Part shown: positions 1-10,065 of the stretch, piece by piece | Layout: every line of letters begins with the position of its first letter | Position numbering within the stretch: the stretch's first letter is position 1 | NCBI RefSeq assembly: GCF_000973505.1 | Contig: NZ_CP010048.1 | Coordinates: 450,001 to 482,000, forward strand | Origin: Candidatus Saccharimonadota bacterium | GTDB lineage: Bacteria > Pseudomonadota > Gammaproteobacteria > Enterobacterales > Enterobacteriaceae | DNA length: 32,000 nucleotides | Direction: 5' to 3' | Program-made: the position numbers and the translations under genes | Notes under the pieces: generated by a model | The model's input: the letters and a program-made list of their open reading frames with translations, nothing else | What the model was told of the DNA's origin: nothing | Database searches by the model: none

Positions 1-182
1 TAGTCTTAGCTGATGAACCTACTGGTAATTTAGACAAAAAAACAGCAAACAACATTTTCCAATTATTACATACAATAAATATAAATTATGGAACTACATT
101 TTTAGTAGTAACACATGATATATGCTCTAACACATACTTTAACAGAACATTAGAACTATGTCATGGAGAATTAAAACCATAA
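1..182 (+). CDS. lolD: 3' end of lipoprotein-release ABC ATPase LolD (5' part outside window)
   Basis: The frame from nt 3 reads [22 protein letters not shown]...TTFLVVTHD...CHGELKP, with stop TAA at 180-182. It carries the ABC Walker B ([10 protein letters not shown]) and H-loop (VVTHD), worded as in E. coli LolD. lolE follows directly, as in lolCDE. Confidence 0.85.
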   Translation, partial: VLADEPTGNLDKKTANNIFQLLHTININYGTTFLVVTHDICSNTYFNRTLELCHGELKP

Positions 183-208
183 AATAAAAAAATGAATAAA
201 ACATAAAT

Positions 209-1453
209 ATGCAAACGATATTACTTTCACTATATCTTGCTTGGCGATTGTATCGCAATCCTAAAAAAAATAAAACAATATCTTTTATATCTATTGTATC
301 CATTATTGGAAATGCATCAAGTATAGCTATTTTAATTATTTGTTTAAGTGCAATAAATGGATTTAAAAATGAACTTAATGAACGAATTTTTTCAATTATT
401 CCTCATGGAAATATCCAATCAACAAATTCAACATTTTCTGATTGGAACATAATACTAAATAAAATTAAAAACATTCCGGGTATCGTACAAAGCGTTCCAT
501 ATGTTGATTTATCAGGATTAATAGAAAAAAACAATAAATTTCACCCAATTCAAATTCATGGAATTAGTACACTACATAACATGCACCCTAATATCATTTC
601 CTATCTTTCATCAATAAACACCATTCCAAACTTTGTCCCAAATAAGCAAATAATTATATTAGGACAAGGCGTTGCTAACACTTTAAATATTAAAAAAAAC
701 GATTGGATTAATATTATAATTCATAACACTGACGGAAATAATAAGCTACTTCCCTATAAATTCATAAACGCACACGTTATTGACATACTAAATTTAAAAA
801 GTTATCTAGATAATAACATTGCTATCATTCCATTATCAGACGCACAAAATTATTTAAATAAACAGAAATATATTTCTGGTATCAACATTAAAATAAACAA
901 TATTTTTCATATTAATAAATTATTAAAGCAAATTATAAACACCATTAAGAATGATCATATTATTACTCAAAGTTGGATCAATACATATAAATATATGTAC
1001 CAAGATATCCACATAATAGAAACAATCATATATTTAACAATGACACTAGTCATATGTATCGCATGTTTTGGAATTGTATCTATATTAACTTTGATTATAA
1101 AAGAAAAAAATCACGATATAGCTATTTTGAATACACTAGGTTGTAAAAATAAATTAATTTACTCTACTTTTATCTGGTGCGGCTTATTACATAGCTTAAT
1201 AAGCATTGCAATAGGAACCACTAGTGGAACATTGATTGCATTATATTTAACCAAAATATACTTTTTGATAGAAAATTTATTTGACTACAAAATATTATCT
1301 CATAATGTTTACTTTATTAATTTTTTACCTACTGAAGTACATACAAAAGACATAATTTCTATTATAACCATAAACTTATTACTAAGCTTTCTAGCCACTT
1401 TATACCCTATAATAAAAACAAATTACAGCAATCCCGGTGCAATATTAAAATAA
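209..1453 (+). CDS. lolE: Lipoprotein-release system permease LolE (FtsX-like)
   Basis: This 414-aa ORF is colinear, from memory, with E. coli LolE (ISIVSIIGNASSIAILIICLSAINGFKNELNERI..IIPHG; SWINTYKYMYQDI; C-terminal TM bundle ending NPGAILK). It sits immediately after lolD. Confidence 0.85.
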   Translation: MQTILLSLYLAWRLYRNPKKNKTISFISIVSIIGNASSIAILIICLSAINGFKNELNERIFSIIPHGNIQSTNSTFSDWNIILNKIKNIPGIVQSVPYVDLSGLIEKNNKFHPIQIHGISTLHNMHPNIISYLSSINTIPNFVPNKQIIILGQGVANTLNIKKNDWINIIIHNTDGNNKLLPYKFINAHVIDILNLKSYLDNNIAIIPLSDAQNYLNKQKYISGINIKINNIFHINKLLKQIINTIKNDHIITQSWINTYKYMYQDIHIIETIIYLTMTLVICIACFGIVSILTLIIKEKNHDIAILNTLGCKNKLIYSTFIWCGLLHSLISIAIGTTSGTLIALYLTKIYFLIENLFDYKILSHNVYFINFLPTEVHTKDIISIITINLLLSFLATLYPIIKTNYSNPGAILK

Positions 1454-1608
1454 TCACATACAAAAAACAATACTTGCAAAAATATATAATACTAACCAAT
1501 CAAATTGTAAATACTTAATAATTCATTTAATTAAATTTAACTATAAAATACAACAACTAATTTTAATAATATTTTACTCTGAAAAAATTAATAATTTTTT
1601 TCCTTCAT

Positions 1609-2991
1609 TTAAAAAAATGTAATCGATTCATCAACTAAATTTTTTGCATACCCAATATACTTGTCTGGAGAAATTTTTTTAAGACGCTCCTTTTCCAAAA
1701 TTGGTAACGGCAAAGAATCAATAAATGATTTCATTTCAGAATCACTAACATATCGTCCTTTCGTAAATTCTTTTAACATTTCATATGATCCCTTAATACC
1801 ATAACGCCGCATAACTGTTTGAATAGCTTCAGCTATCACTATCCAATGTTGATTTAACTCATTCAATAAATGTTCAGAATCTACTTTCAAAGTGTCAATG
1901 CCTTTTAAACTAGAACGATACGCAACTAAAGAATATGCAACACCTACACCAATATTTCTCAAAACAGTAGAATCACTTAAATCTCTTTGCCAACGAGATA
2001 TGGGTAACTTAGATGAAAAAAAGTTCATTATTACATTTGCTAAACCTAAATTACCTTCAGATTTTTCAAAATTAATAGGGTTAATTTTATGGGGCATAAC
2101 AGAAGATCCAATTTCAGTAGATATACTATATTGTTTGAAATATCCTAATGCAACATAACCCCATATATCACGATTAAAATCAATTAGAATAGTATTAAAT
2201 CGTGTCACACAACTAAAAAATTCAGCTATATAATCATGCGGCTCAATTTGAGTTGTATAAGGATTCCAAGAAACACCTTCAAAAGAAGTAACAAATTCTT
2301 TACTAAATTTATGCCAATCAACATTAGAATAAGCCACCATATGCGCATTATAATTACCCACACTACCATTGATTTTCCCTAAAATTTCTATCTGTTCTAA
2401 TTGTCGATACTGACGTATTAAACGATAAAAAAAATTGGCCATTTCTTTACCTACAGTGGATGGAGTAGCAGGTTGACCATGAGTTCTAGATAAACATGAA
2501 ATATCTCTATGACTACATGCTAATAATTTTATTGAATCTATAATTTGTTTCCACATTGGTAATAATATTTGCCTACGAGTATAGCTTAACATTAACGCAT
2601 AAGCTAAATTATTTATATCATCTGATGTACAAGCAAAATGAACAAATTCAATAACATCTTGAAAACCAGATATAGATGACAATTTTTCTTTTAAAAAATA
2701 TTCTACAGATTTAAGATCATGATTAATTAAAGATTCAAATTCTTTAATTTTTTTTGCGTCATCAAGACTAAAATTATCAATTAATGTATTAAGAACATTA
2801 TTCATACACTCATTAAAACAAGGTATTTCCTGAATTTCTTTAGCAGCAGCTAACTTTTGTAACCATCGTATCTCAATCTGTACACGATATTTTAATAAAC
2901 CAAATTCACTGAAAATATTGCGCAATTGACTAGTATCTTTTTCATAACGCCCATCAATAGGAGAAATAGCGGTCAAAGAAGATAATTCCAT
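1609..2991 (-). CDS. purB: Adenylosuccinate lyase
   Basis: This 460-aa ORF starts MELSSLTAISPIDGRYEKDT and carries the fumarate-lyase signature GSSVMPHKINPINFE. An AGGA Shine-Dalgarno lies upstream of the ATG at 2991. Confidence 0.97.
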   Translation of the reverse strand: MELSSLTAISPIDGRYEKDTSQLRNIFSEFGLLKYRVQIEIRWLQKLAAAKEIQEIPCFNECMNNVLNTLIDNFSLDDAKKIKEFESLINHDLKSVEYFLKEKLSSISGFQDVIEFVHFACTSDDINNLAYALMLSYTRRQILLPMWKQIIDSIKLLACSHRDISCLSRTHGQPATPSTVGKEMANFFYRLIRQYRQLEQIEILGKINGSVGNYNAHMVAYSNVDWHKFSKEFVTSFEGVSWNPYTTQIEPHDYIAEFFSCVTRFNTILIDFNRDIWGYVALGYFKQYSISTEIGSSVMPHKINPINFEKSEGNLGLANVIMNFFSSKLPISRWQRDLSDSTVLRNIGVGVAYSLVAYRSSLKGIDTLKVDSEHLLNELNQHWIVIAEAIQTVMRRYGIKGSYEMLKEFTKGRYVSDSEMKSFIDSLPLPILEKERLKKISPDKYIGYAKNLVDESITFF

Positions 2992-3068
2992 AAATATTAT
3001 CCTTAAATTAAAATATATTATAAAATCGTTCTAAAAAAATAAAATGTTATTTATTATGCATTATCTAT

Positions 3069-4190
3069 TTATACACGAACATATAAAGGAATACGAGCTT
3101 TAATAACACCTCCACCAAGACAATACTCATTTAAATAAAACACTGCAGATTGACCCGGTGTCACCGATAAAACAGGATGTTTAAACACAACTTTAATTTC
3201 ATTTTTGGATAACAACATTACTAAACATGGAATATCTGATTGACGATAACGTATTTTAACAGTACAAAATAAAGATGATTTACCAAAAAAAAAACTATCA
3301 TTCACCCAATATAACTGGTTAGCTATCAAACCTTTGGACAATAATGCCGGATGCTCACCACCCTGAGCAACAATTAACGTATTATTTTTAGAATTCTTAT
3401 CTACTACATGCCATGGTTTCCCATTCCCCCTGGAAGTACCACCAATACCCAAGCCTTTACGCTGACCCAGCGTATAATATATTAAACCATCATGCTTTCC
3501 AAGTGTTACCCCATCAATACTCAAAATAATTCCCGGCTTAACTGATAAATATTGACCAATAAAATTTTTAAAATTTCGTTTACCAATAAAACAAATTCCA
3601 GTTGAATTCTTTTTATCAGCCGTAACGAAATGTAAATGATTAGCTATCGCTCTAACTTGTAATTTAGTGAATGTACCCATAGGAAATAAACAATAACGCA
3701 ACTGATCATAATTCAAAGTATACAAAAAATAACTTTGATCTTTACTAATATCTAAACCCCGTAACAAATATATCTTTTTGTTATAACTGACACAACGGAC
3801 ATAATGTCCAGTAGCAATATAATTAGCCTGCAAATGTTCAATAGCAAACTTTAAAAATACATTAAATTTGATCTCTTTGTTGCATAATATATCAGGATTT
3901 GGAGTACGCCCTAAACGACATTCCTCTAAAAATACCATAAAAACCTTATTCCAATATTCAAACGAAAAATTAACAGTATGCAATTTAATATTTAATCGTT
4001 CACAAACAGATTGTACATCTGATAAATCTGCTGCAGAAGAACAATAACTTTCGGTATCATCTTCCTCCCAATTTTTCATAAACAAACCTTCCACCTGGTA
4101 TCCAGCTTGTTTTAATAACCAAGCAGACACTGAAGAATCAACCCCCCCAGACATGGCAAGAATCACTTTTTTAAATTTTCTTAATAACAT
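3069..4190 (-). CDS. mnmA: tRNA-specific 2-thiouridylase (s2U34 synthesis)
   Basis: It has the PP-loop [17 protein letters not shown] plus [16 protein letters not shown] and STGICFIG. Its 373 aa are colinear with E. coli MnmA. Confidence 0.97.
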   Translation of the reverse strand: MLLRKFKKVILAMSGGVDSSVSAWLLKQAGYQVEGLFMKNWEEDDTESYCSSAADLSDVQSVCERLNIKLHTVNFSFEYWNKVFMVFLEECRLGRTPNPDILCNKEIKFNVFLKFAIEHLQANYIATGHYVRCVSYNKKIYLLRGLDISKDQSYFLYTLNYDQLRYCLFPMGTFTKLQVRAIANHLHFVTADKKNSTGICFIGKRNFKNFIGQYLSVKPGIILSIDGVTLGKHDGLIYYTLGQRKGLGIGGTSRGNGKPWHVVDKNSKNNTLIVAQGGEHPALLSKGLIANQLYWVNDSFFFGKSSLFCTVKIRYRQSDIPCLVMLLSKNEIKVVFKHPVLSVTPGQSAVFYLNEYCLGGGVIKARIPLYVRV

Positions 4191-5179
4191 AAAATAAATA
4201 AAAATATTACGTCATGTACTTTATTACTTTAAATAATATAAATTCATTAATGTTAACATATAATTAATATGTAATTAATAATACACACAACACTGCATAC
4301 CGTATCAAAAAATAATATCTCTTTCAAATTTAAATACTATCTATCAATAATATCTACTAACTTTTTAATTACATTAGCAATAATTAAATATAGAAATATA
4401 AGATAAAACAATATCTTATAAATTTCAGTTAAATAATAATTGTATTTATATTATACAATAATCACGCACAAAATAAATAAAAAACATAAACAACATCATA
4501 CAACCACTTATTTTATTACTATTATCGTTTACTAATAAAATTAATAATGCTTGAAAAAAATAATCACAAAAAGATAAATACAATACCTATAACAAAAAAA
4601 TAAAAAATACATTTACCATTAAATGAATATATGAAATATATATAACATATTCATTATTAACTTTTACACATCAAAAAATTATATAAATATATTTATATAA
4701 ATAAAAATTTTACTACTTATACATCAAGAATTATTTATATCAGCCATTTAAAATATGTGAAATAGACCAAAAAATCTTTAAATACATTAATTGAACCACA
4801 AATAAACACCAATTTAGTATACCATCATTTACAACTATACTACAATAAAACATATTACTACAAAAATTTATTGCATAAATATTATATAGTATAATAATAC
4901 CTGTTAAATGACAAAATCCAAAAAACAATTACCTGCCAGTTATATTTTAAAACTAAATGTAATCGAAGACACCACCATCAATAAACTAAAATAATCAATA
5001 TACAATTTTAATTGTACTAAATAATAGTACTAAAAATTAAAAACATTAAATACTACTATCATATTTATGTTATAAATATGTAATCTTTTCTACATAAAAA
5101 TTATTTTTAAAGTATCATTTATAATATACACCATTATAATTCAAATTAGTATCATTAAAAGCATTCAACATAAAACAAT

Positions 5180-5827
5180 ATGAAAAAATATTTCATATAC
5201 TTCATGATGATCACAACATTTTTAACAAACTGCTCAAAACAAAAACAAAAAAATTTTTTTCAAAACGCTCACAAACATCAAAAAATAATTCCTAATACAT
5301 CTTCTACACAAAACACTAATACCTACCAAGAACATATTCATCAATCCTCAATTAACTACGGAATTGATGAACGACTAATCATGGCTATCATTCAAGTAGA
5401 ATCCAATTATAATCCGACAGCAATTAGCAAATCTAACGCTATAGGATTAATGCAACTTAAAGCTTCCACCGCAGGCAAAGACGTTTACAAACTGAAAGGA
5501 CTACAAGGACAACCCAGTCCAGATATATTAAAAAACGCCGAAATTAATATTGACTGTGGAACTGCATATCTCTCTATATTACAAAAACAATTATTAGGAA
5601 TTAATAATTCTAAAACTCGTCGCTATGCTATTATAGTAGCTTACGTAAATGGATTAAGTACACTATTAAATATATTTTCTATTAATCACAATATTGCTAT
5701 TAAAAAAATCAACCATATGACACCAGATAAATTTTGTCGATACATAAAAAAACACCACCCAGCACCGCAAGCACAAACTTACTTGTATAAAGTAAATGCT
5801 GTATACTCACTAATACATCATCAATAA
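5180..5827 (+). CDS. emtA: Lipoprotein endo-type lytic murein transglycosylase (EmtA/MltE)
   Basis: The signal peptide carries a lipobox (FLTNCS). It has the catalytic Glu context IQVESNYNPTAISKSNAIGLMQLKASTAG and the C-terminal HHPAPQAQTYLYKV. It matches E. coli EmtA almost motif for motif. Confidence 0.85.
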   Translation: MKKYFIYFMMITTFLTNCSKQKQKNFFQNAHKHQKIIPNTSSTQNTNTYQEHIHQSSINYGIDERLIMAIIQVESNYNPTAISKSNAIGLMQLKASTAGKDVYKLKGLQGQPSPDILKNAEINIDCGTAYLSILQKQLLGINNSKTRRYAIIVAYVNGLSTLLNIFSINHNIAIKKINHMTPDKFCRYIKKHHPAPQAQTYLYKVNAVYSLIHHQ

Positions 5828-5977
5828 ACACATCATAAAGAAAATAATAAATAACACCACCCACCAAATAAATAAAATACTACATCAATAACACCTGATT
5901 TATTCACAATAAAATTTGAAATCACATAAACACTCTTCTACAATTCACAATAATGTAAACAATATTTCAAATACTGG

Positions 5978-6772
5978 TTACAATAAGAGATTATATTTAT
6001 TAACATCTATTTGAAATAAATTAAAAAAATTTGAAGTCGTAATAAATGCTAATTCGTCAAGACTAATACCTTTTATGTTTGCTAAACATTCAGCAATGTT
6101 ATAAATATATGCAGGTTGATTTTCAATACCCCGATATGGTACTGGAGTCAAATACGGAGAATCAGTTTCTAAAAGTATTCTGTCCATTGGCACATAATCG
6201 GCTACCAATTTTAAATTTTGAGAATTCGAAAATGTCAAAATTCCGGAAAAAGAAATATAAAAATTAAGATCCAATAGCGATTTTGCCATACTTTTATCTT
6301 CACTGAAACAATGTAAAATACCTCCATTGGAAAAATTTTTTTCGTGTAAAATAGATAACGTATCGTCACGAGCCAACCGACTATGAATAATCACAGGTTT
6401 ATCTCGTTCATGCGCAATATCAAGGTGATCCTGAAACACTTTCCTCTGCTGTTTTTTATCACTATGGGGATAGTGATAATCTAAACCAGTTTCTCCAATA
6501 GCAATAACATTCTTGGAAAACGATAAATGAAATAATTCAGAAACCTTATAATCATCATTTAAATAAAGCGGATGCACACCACAAGAAAATAAAACATCAT
6601 TACGATATCCAATAAAATTAACCATTTTAGAAAAATTTTCCAAAGTGACTGAAACTGATAAAATCAACTTAACATGAAAAATTTTAGCTTTATTCAAAAC
6701 ATCTAACAAATCTTTATGCAAACTATCATAATTTAATTGATCAAGATGACAATGAGAATCAACAAAAAACAT
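5978..6772 (-). CDS. ycfH: TatD-family metal-dependent hydrolase YcfH
   Basis: It starts MFFVDSHCHLD (metal-binding HxH) and is 264 aa. It lies 19 nt downstream of holB, as in the E. coli tmk-holB-ycfH arrangement. An AGGA SD is present. Confidence 0.9.
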   Translation of the reverse strand: MFFVDSHCHLDQLNYDSLHKDLLDVLNKAKIFHVKLILSVSVTLENFSKMVNFIGYRNDVLFSCGVHPLYLNDDYKVSELFHLSFSKNVIAIGETGLDYHYPHSDKKQQRKVFQDHLDIAHERDKPVIIHSRLARDDTLSILHEKNFSNGGILHCFSEDKSMAKSLLDLNFYISFSGILTFSNSQNLKLVADYVPMDRILLETDSPYLTPVPYRGIENQPAYIYNIAECLANIKGISLDELAFITTSNFFNLFQIDVNKYNLLL

Positions 6773-6791
6773 AATAATATTATCCTTAAAT

Positions 6792-7793
6792 TTAATAACA
6801 ACTAAAATTCATTACATTTCCTTCAATATTCAATAATTGATACATCAACAATGATTTTTTATCAACATTCGTAATATTTTTCCAATAATACAAACAAATT
6901 AAACACTGTTGTAACTGATGATTTAACGCTAATAAAGAATATTGTACAGAAATAATTCGCACTAAATTTGTTTGATCTATATTAACTAAAAAATCATACA
7001 AACCCATATGACATTTCATGGCATCAATAAAAAAAGTACACAGCCAAAATATAAATCTTTCATCTTCATTAAAATACCTTTCAAAAAATGGCAATATACT
7101 TAAAAAATCATTTTTACCAACTGTTTTCAACAACTCAAAACATAATTTTAATCGTAACTTCCAATATTCTGAATTTAAAAAATGATACGCTGCCAACGGA
7201 GAACTATCTGACAAACGCAATGCAGTGAGAGCTTGTGTATTATTCACAACACCTTGTTGAAATAACCATTGTAAACTAATTTCCTCCTTAGGAGGATGAA
7301 TTTCCCAACATAAACACCGACTCAACAAAGTTGGTAATAAACGTTTAGAATTTTTACATCCTAAAAAAAAATAAACCTCTTCTGGAGGTTCTTCAAAAAT
7401 TTTTAATAAAGCATTCGACGCATCTTGAGTAAGCCATTCACTATTTTCTATATACACGATCTTTAATTTGGCAATATATGCATATTGATATAATTTTTCA
7501 ACAAGAGAACGAATTTTCTCCACACCAATACTCTTTGCATCATCATTATCTGGAGTTAATAAATAATAATCAGGATGCGAAAAAGATTTCATTAAACGAC
7601 AATTGCAACACTGACTACAGCTCTTTATTCCAATGGGTTTAGAACACATCAACCAACGACTTAATGCATAAATCAATAAATTTTCACCATTATCTTGTTT
7701 ACTATGTAAAACCAAAAAATGATGTCCTGTATTAGTTCGATACGATTCTACTATCTGACTATACACTATAGTCAACCAAGGATACCATCTCAT
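6792..7793 (-). CDS. holB: DNA polymerase III delta-prime subunit
   Basis: The N-terminus MRWYPWL is identical to E. coli HolB. It also has the Cys-rich Zn module (CSQCCNCRLM), LLKIFEEPP and LLSRC. Length is 333 aa. Confidence 0.92.
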   Translation of the reverse strand: MRWYPWLTIVYSQIVESYRTNTGHHFLVLHSKQDNGENLLIYALSRWLMCSKPIGIKSCSQCCNCRLMKSFSHPDYYLLTPDNDDAKSIGVEKIRSLVEKLYQYAYIAKLKIVYIENSEWLTQDASNALLKIFEEPPEEVYFFLGCKNSKRLLPTLLSRCLCWEIHPPKEEISLQWLFQQGVVNNTQALTALRLSDSSPLAAYHFLNSEYWKLRLKLCFELLKTVGKNDFLSILPFFERYFNEDERFIFWLCTFFIDAMKCHMGLYDFLVNIDQTNLVRIISVQYSLLALNHQLQQCLICLYYWKNITNVDKKSLLMYQLLNIEGNVMNFSCY

Positions 7794-7814
7794 AATTTCT
7801 ATAAATAATATAAT

Positions 7815-8444
7815 TTATATTTTTAACAATTTTTTAATATAATACTGAACATCACTATTCACTTGATTTAACGTTTGAGAAGCATCAATAGTTACAACAT
7901 TTAAATTCTCACTTGCTAAAGCTTGATAAGACAAACGAACACGATTAAAAAAATCCATGGATTCTTTTTCAATATGATCTAATTTTCTCTTATTTTCAAT
8001 TCTAGATAATCCAATCTTAGGAGAAATATCAAGATAAAAGGTTATATCTGGACGAAAATTATTCAAAACAACCCTACTTAAATTTTTTATAAAATATTTG
8101 TCAATCCTTCTTCCACCACCTTGATAAGCATAAGAAGAAAAATCATATCTATCTCCAACTATCCATATACCCTTTAACAAAGACGGTTTGATGACATTCT
8201 CTAATAATTGAACACGTGCAGCATAAAACATTAACAACTCTGCATAACTGGTAATTGGATCTTGATCTCCATCTTTTCCGTATTTAATTAATGTACGAAA
8301 AATTTCTGATATTGGCGTACTACCAGGTTCACGAGTTAATATAACATTTTTTATACCATAACTTTTTAAAATCTTCACTATATATAAAGCAACTGTAGTT
8401 TTACCAGAACCTTCCAACCCTTCAAGAACAATAAATTTACCCAT
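7815..8444 (-). CDS. tmk: Thymidylate kinase
   Basis: It has the P-loop VLEGLEGSGKTT, TREPGST, LLMFYAARVQL and GDRYDFSSYAYQGGGR. I place the start at ATG 8444 (MGKFIVLEG) by alignment to E. coli Tmk. The tracked ORF adds 29 codons from a GTG at 8531 that look like spacer read-through. Confidence 0.93.
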   Translation of the reverse strand: MGKFIVLEGLEGSGKTTVALYIVKILKSYGIKNVILTREPGSTPISEIFRTLIKYGKDGDQDPITSYAELLMFYAARVQLLENVIKPSLLKGIWIVGDRYDFSSYAYQGGGRRIDKYFIKNLSRVVLNNFRPDITFYLDISPKIGLSRIENKRKLDHIEKESMDFFNRVRLSYQALASENLNVVTIDASQTLNQVNSDVQYYIKKLLKI

Positions 8445-8661
8445 AACTAATGTTAACAACCAACAAATATTATAATCATGTTTTAAATTAAATATCAATT
8501 CATAAAACAATAATCTATAAATACAACACACACCGTCTAAAATAATAATTTATAAAGATATTAAAACAATTTTATAAACTATATAAAAAATCATCAAAAA
8601 ACTTATAACCAACAAATAATAATCAAAAAAACATAAATTTACCTATTTATTATGAAAAAAT

Positions 8662-9477
8662 TTACAATGTAGTATAATAAGAAAGCAATAAATTACATAA
8701 TGTCCGATCTATATAGCGATGCTCTTCTATAGAAACTACCGATACTAAAGGTAATAAAGAGTTACTTATAAAAACCTCTTCGGCGTTTTTTAAAATTTCA
8801 GGTCCTGTCGTAATTTCATGAAAATTATATCCTAATTGTGGTAATAATTGTAATATCCATCGTCTCATAACTCCAGAAACTCCCGCATAAACCAAGGAAG
8901 GGGTGAAAACATCACAACCAATTCTCCAAAAGATATTTGCTGTACAACACTCAATTAAATTACCTGCAGTATCCAATATTAAAACCTCATCAGCACACTC
9001 TTGATTACTAATCCAATGTGCACGAATAAGAATGTATTCCAAACGATTTAAATGCTTAATACCTGCCAACAATAAATTTCTAGATATTCGTATGTTACTT
9101 TTTACTAATCGTATACCATATTTGTGCCAATTTTTATGATCTTTCACAATTGAAGAATAATAAATAACACGCAAAGGTTCGATATTTTTCCTGAAACTAT
9201 ATCCAGTTTCTCCACTTGCAGAACGAAGAATAACAATCTGAATTACACCATTTTTACCATACTCTGAAGCCACTTTAAGTTCTTGACACAAAGAATCAAT
9301 ATCCAAATCATTAAACAAAAGCCTCTTCCCTGCCAACATTAAACGATCAAGATGCCAATCTAACAACTCAACCTGTCCATTTCTAAGTCTAGCTGTAGTA
9401 AAAAACCCATCACCAAAAAGAAAAATACGACCATCTAATGATAATTTTTTTTCGGAAACACCATTTAACCAATACAT
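8662..9477 (-). CDS. pabC: Aminodeoxychorismate lyase (class IV PLP enzyme)
   Basis: It has FGDGFFTTARL and the PLP-lysine context LLAGIKHLNRLEYILIR, as in E. coli PabC. It lies between acpP and tmk as in E. coli. The start is ambiguous: there are in-frame ATGs at 9477 (MYWLNG vs E. coli MFLING, best fit), 9483 and 9516. Confidence 0.85.
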   Translation of the reverse strand: MYWLNGVSEKKLSLDGRIFLFGDGFFTTARLRNGQVELLDWHLDRLMLAGKRLLFNDLDIDSLCQELKVASEYGKNGVIQIVILRSASGETGYSFRKNIEPLRVIYYSSIVKDHKNWHKYGIRLVKSNIRISRNLLLAGIKHLNRLEYILIRAHWISNQECADEVLILDTAGNLIECCTANIFWRIGCDVFTPSLVYAGVSGVMRRWILQLLPQLGYNFHEITTGPEILKNAEEVFISNSLLPLVSVVSIEEHRYIDRTLCNLLLSYYTTL

Positions 9478-9624
9478 GACCATTCTACAACAGAACACAT
9501 TTTTAAAACTACTCATTATACTACAATTAATTGATATCTAAAAAAATTACCAACAAACCACAACTATAAAACTAATTATCTAACTTATATTGCTTTAATA
9601 TTATATTGATTTAATATTATCAAA

Positions 9625-9873
9625 CTATGAATTTATTGCACTTTGATTAGCCTGAATAAAATTAATCGCCGCTTGAACAGTAGTAATTTTTTCAGCTTCT
9701 TCATCTGGAATTTCAGTATTAAACTCTTCTTCTAAAGCCATAACTAATTCAACAGTATCAAGTGAATCCGCACCTAAATCCTCCACAAAAGAAGCATGAT
9801 TGATTACATCTTCTTTTTTCACACCTAACTGTTCGGCAATAATTACTTTAACCCTATCTTCAATGGTACTCAT
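9625..9873 (-). CDS. acpP: Acyl carrier protein
   Basis: [23 protein letters not shown]...[19 protein letters not shown] contains the phosphopantetheine Ser in DSL. An AGGA SD is present. Confidence 0.97.
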   Translation of the reverse strand: MSTIEDRVKVIIAEQLGVKKEDVINHASFVEDLGADSLDTVELVMALEEEFNTEIPDEEAEKITTVQAAINFIQANQSAINS

Positions 9874-10065
9874 ATTTTTATAATTCCTAAATTTAAAATT
9901 TTCAAAAATTATTATTTTAAATAATTAATTTACATATAACAAATGTCAATAAAAAAAAATCACACATTAACTACAGATACAACAAACAAATAACATTTTA
10001 TCAATTCTACCATAAACTAATATATTTAGGATAAAATTTACTCTATTATATATATAAAAAATATG

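Noticed and set aside
4740-4928. A 62-codon ORF on the minus strand inside the mnmA-emtA spacer, possibly a small membrane protein.
   Set aside because: It starts at TTG and has no SD. Its Phe/Ile/Cys/Asn-rich composition is what a T-rich strand yields by chance, and I recognise no motif. It is most likely spurious, though expression data could revisit this.
8445-8531. N-terminal extensions of tracked ORFs: tmk to 8531, fabG to 10809, fabH to 12755, pgsA to 21254, fabI to 30646 and pabC to 9516.
   Set aside because: Alignment to the E. coli proteins puts the start at an internal ATG in each case. The extra codons are non-conserved, some begin at GTG, and they resemble translated spacer.
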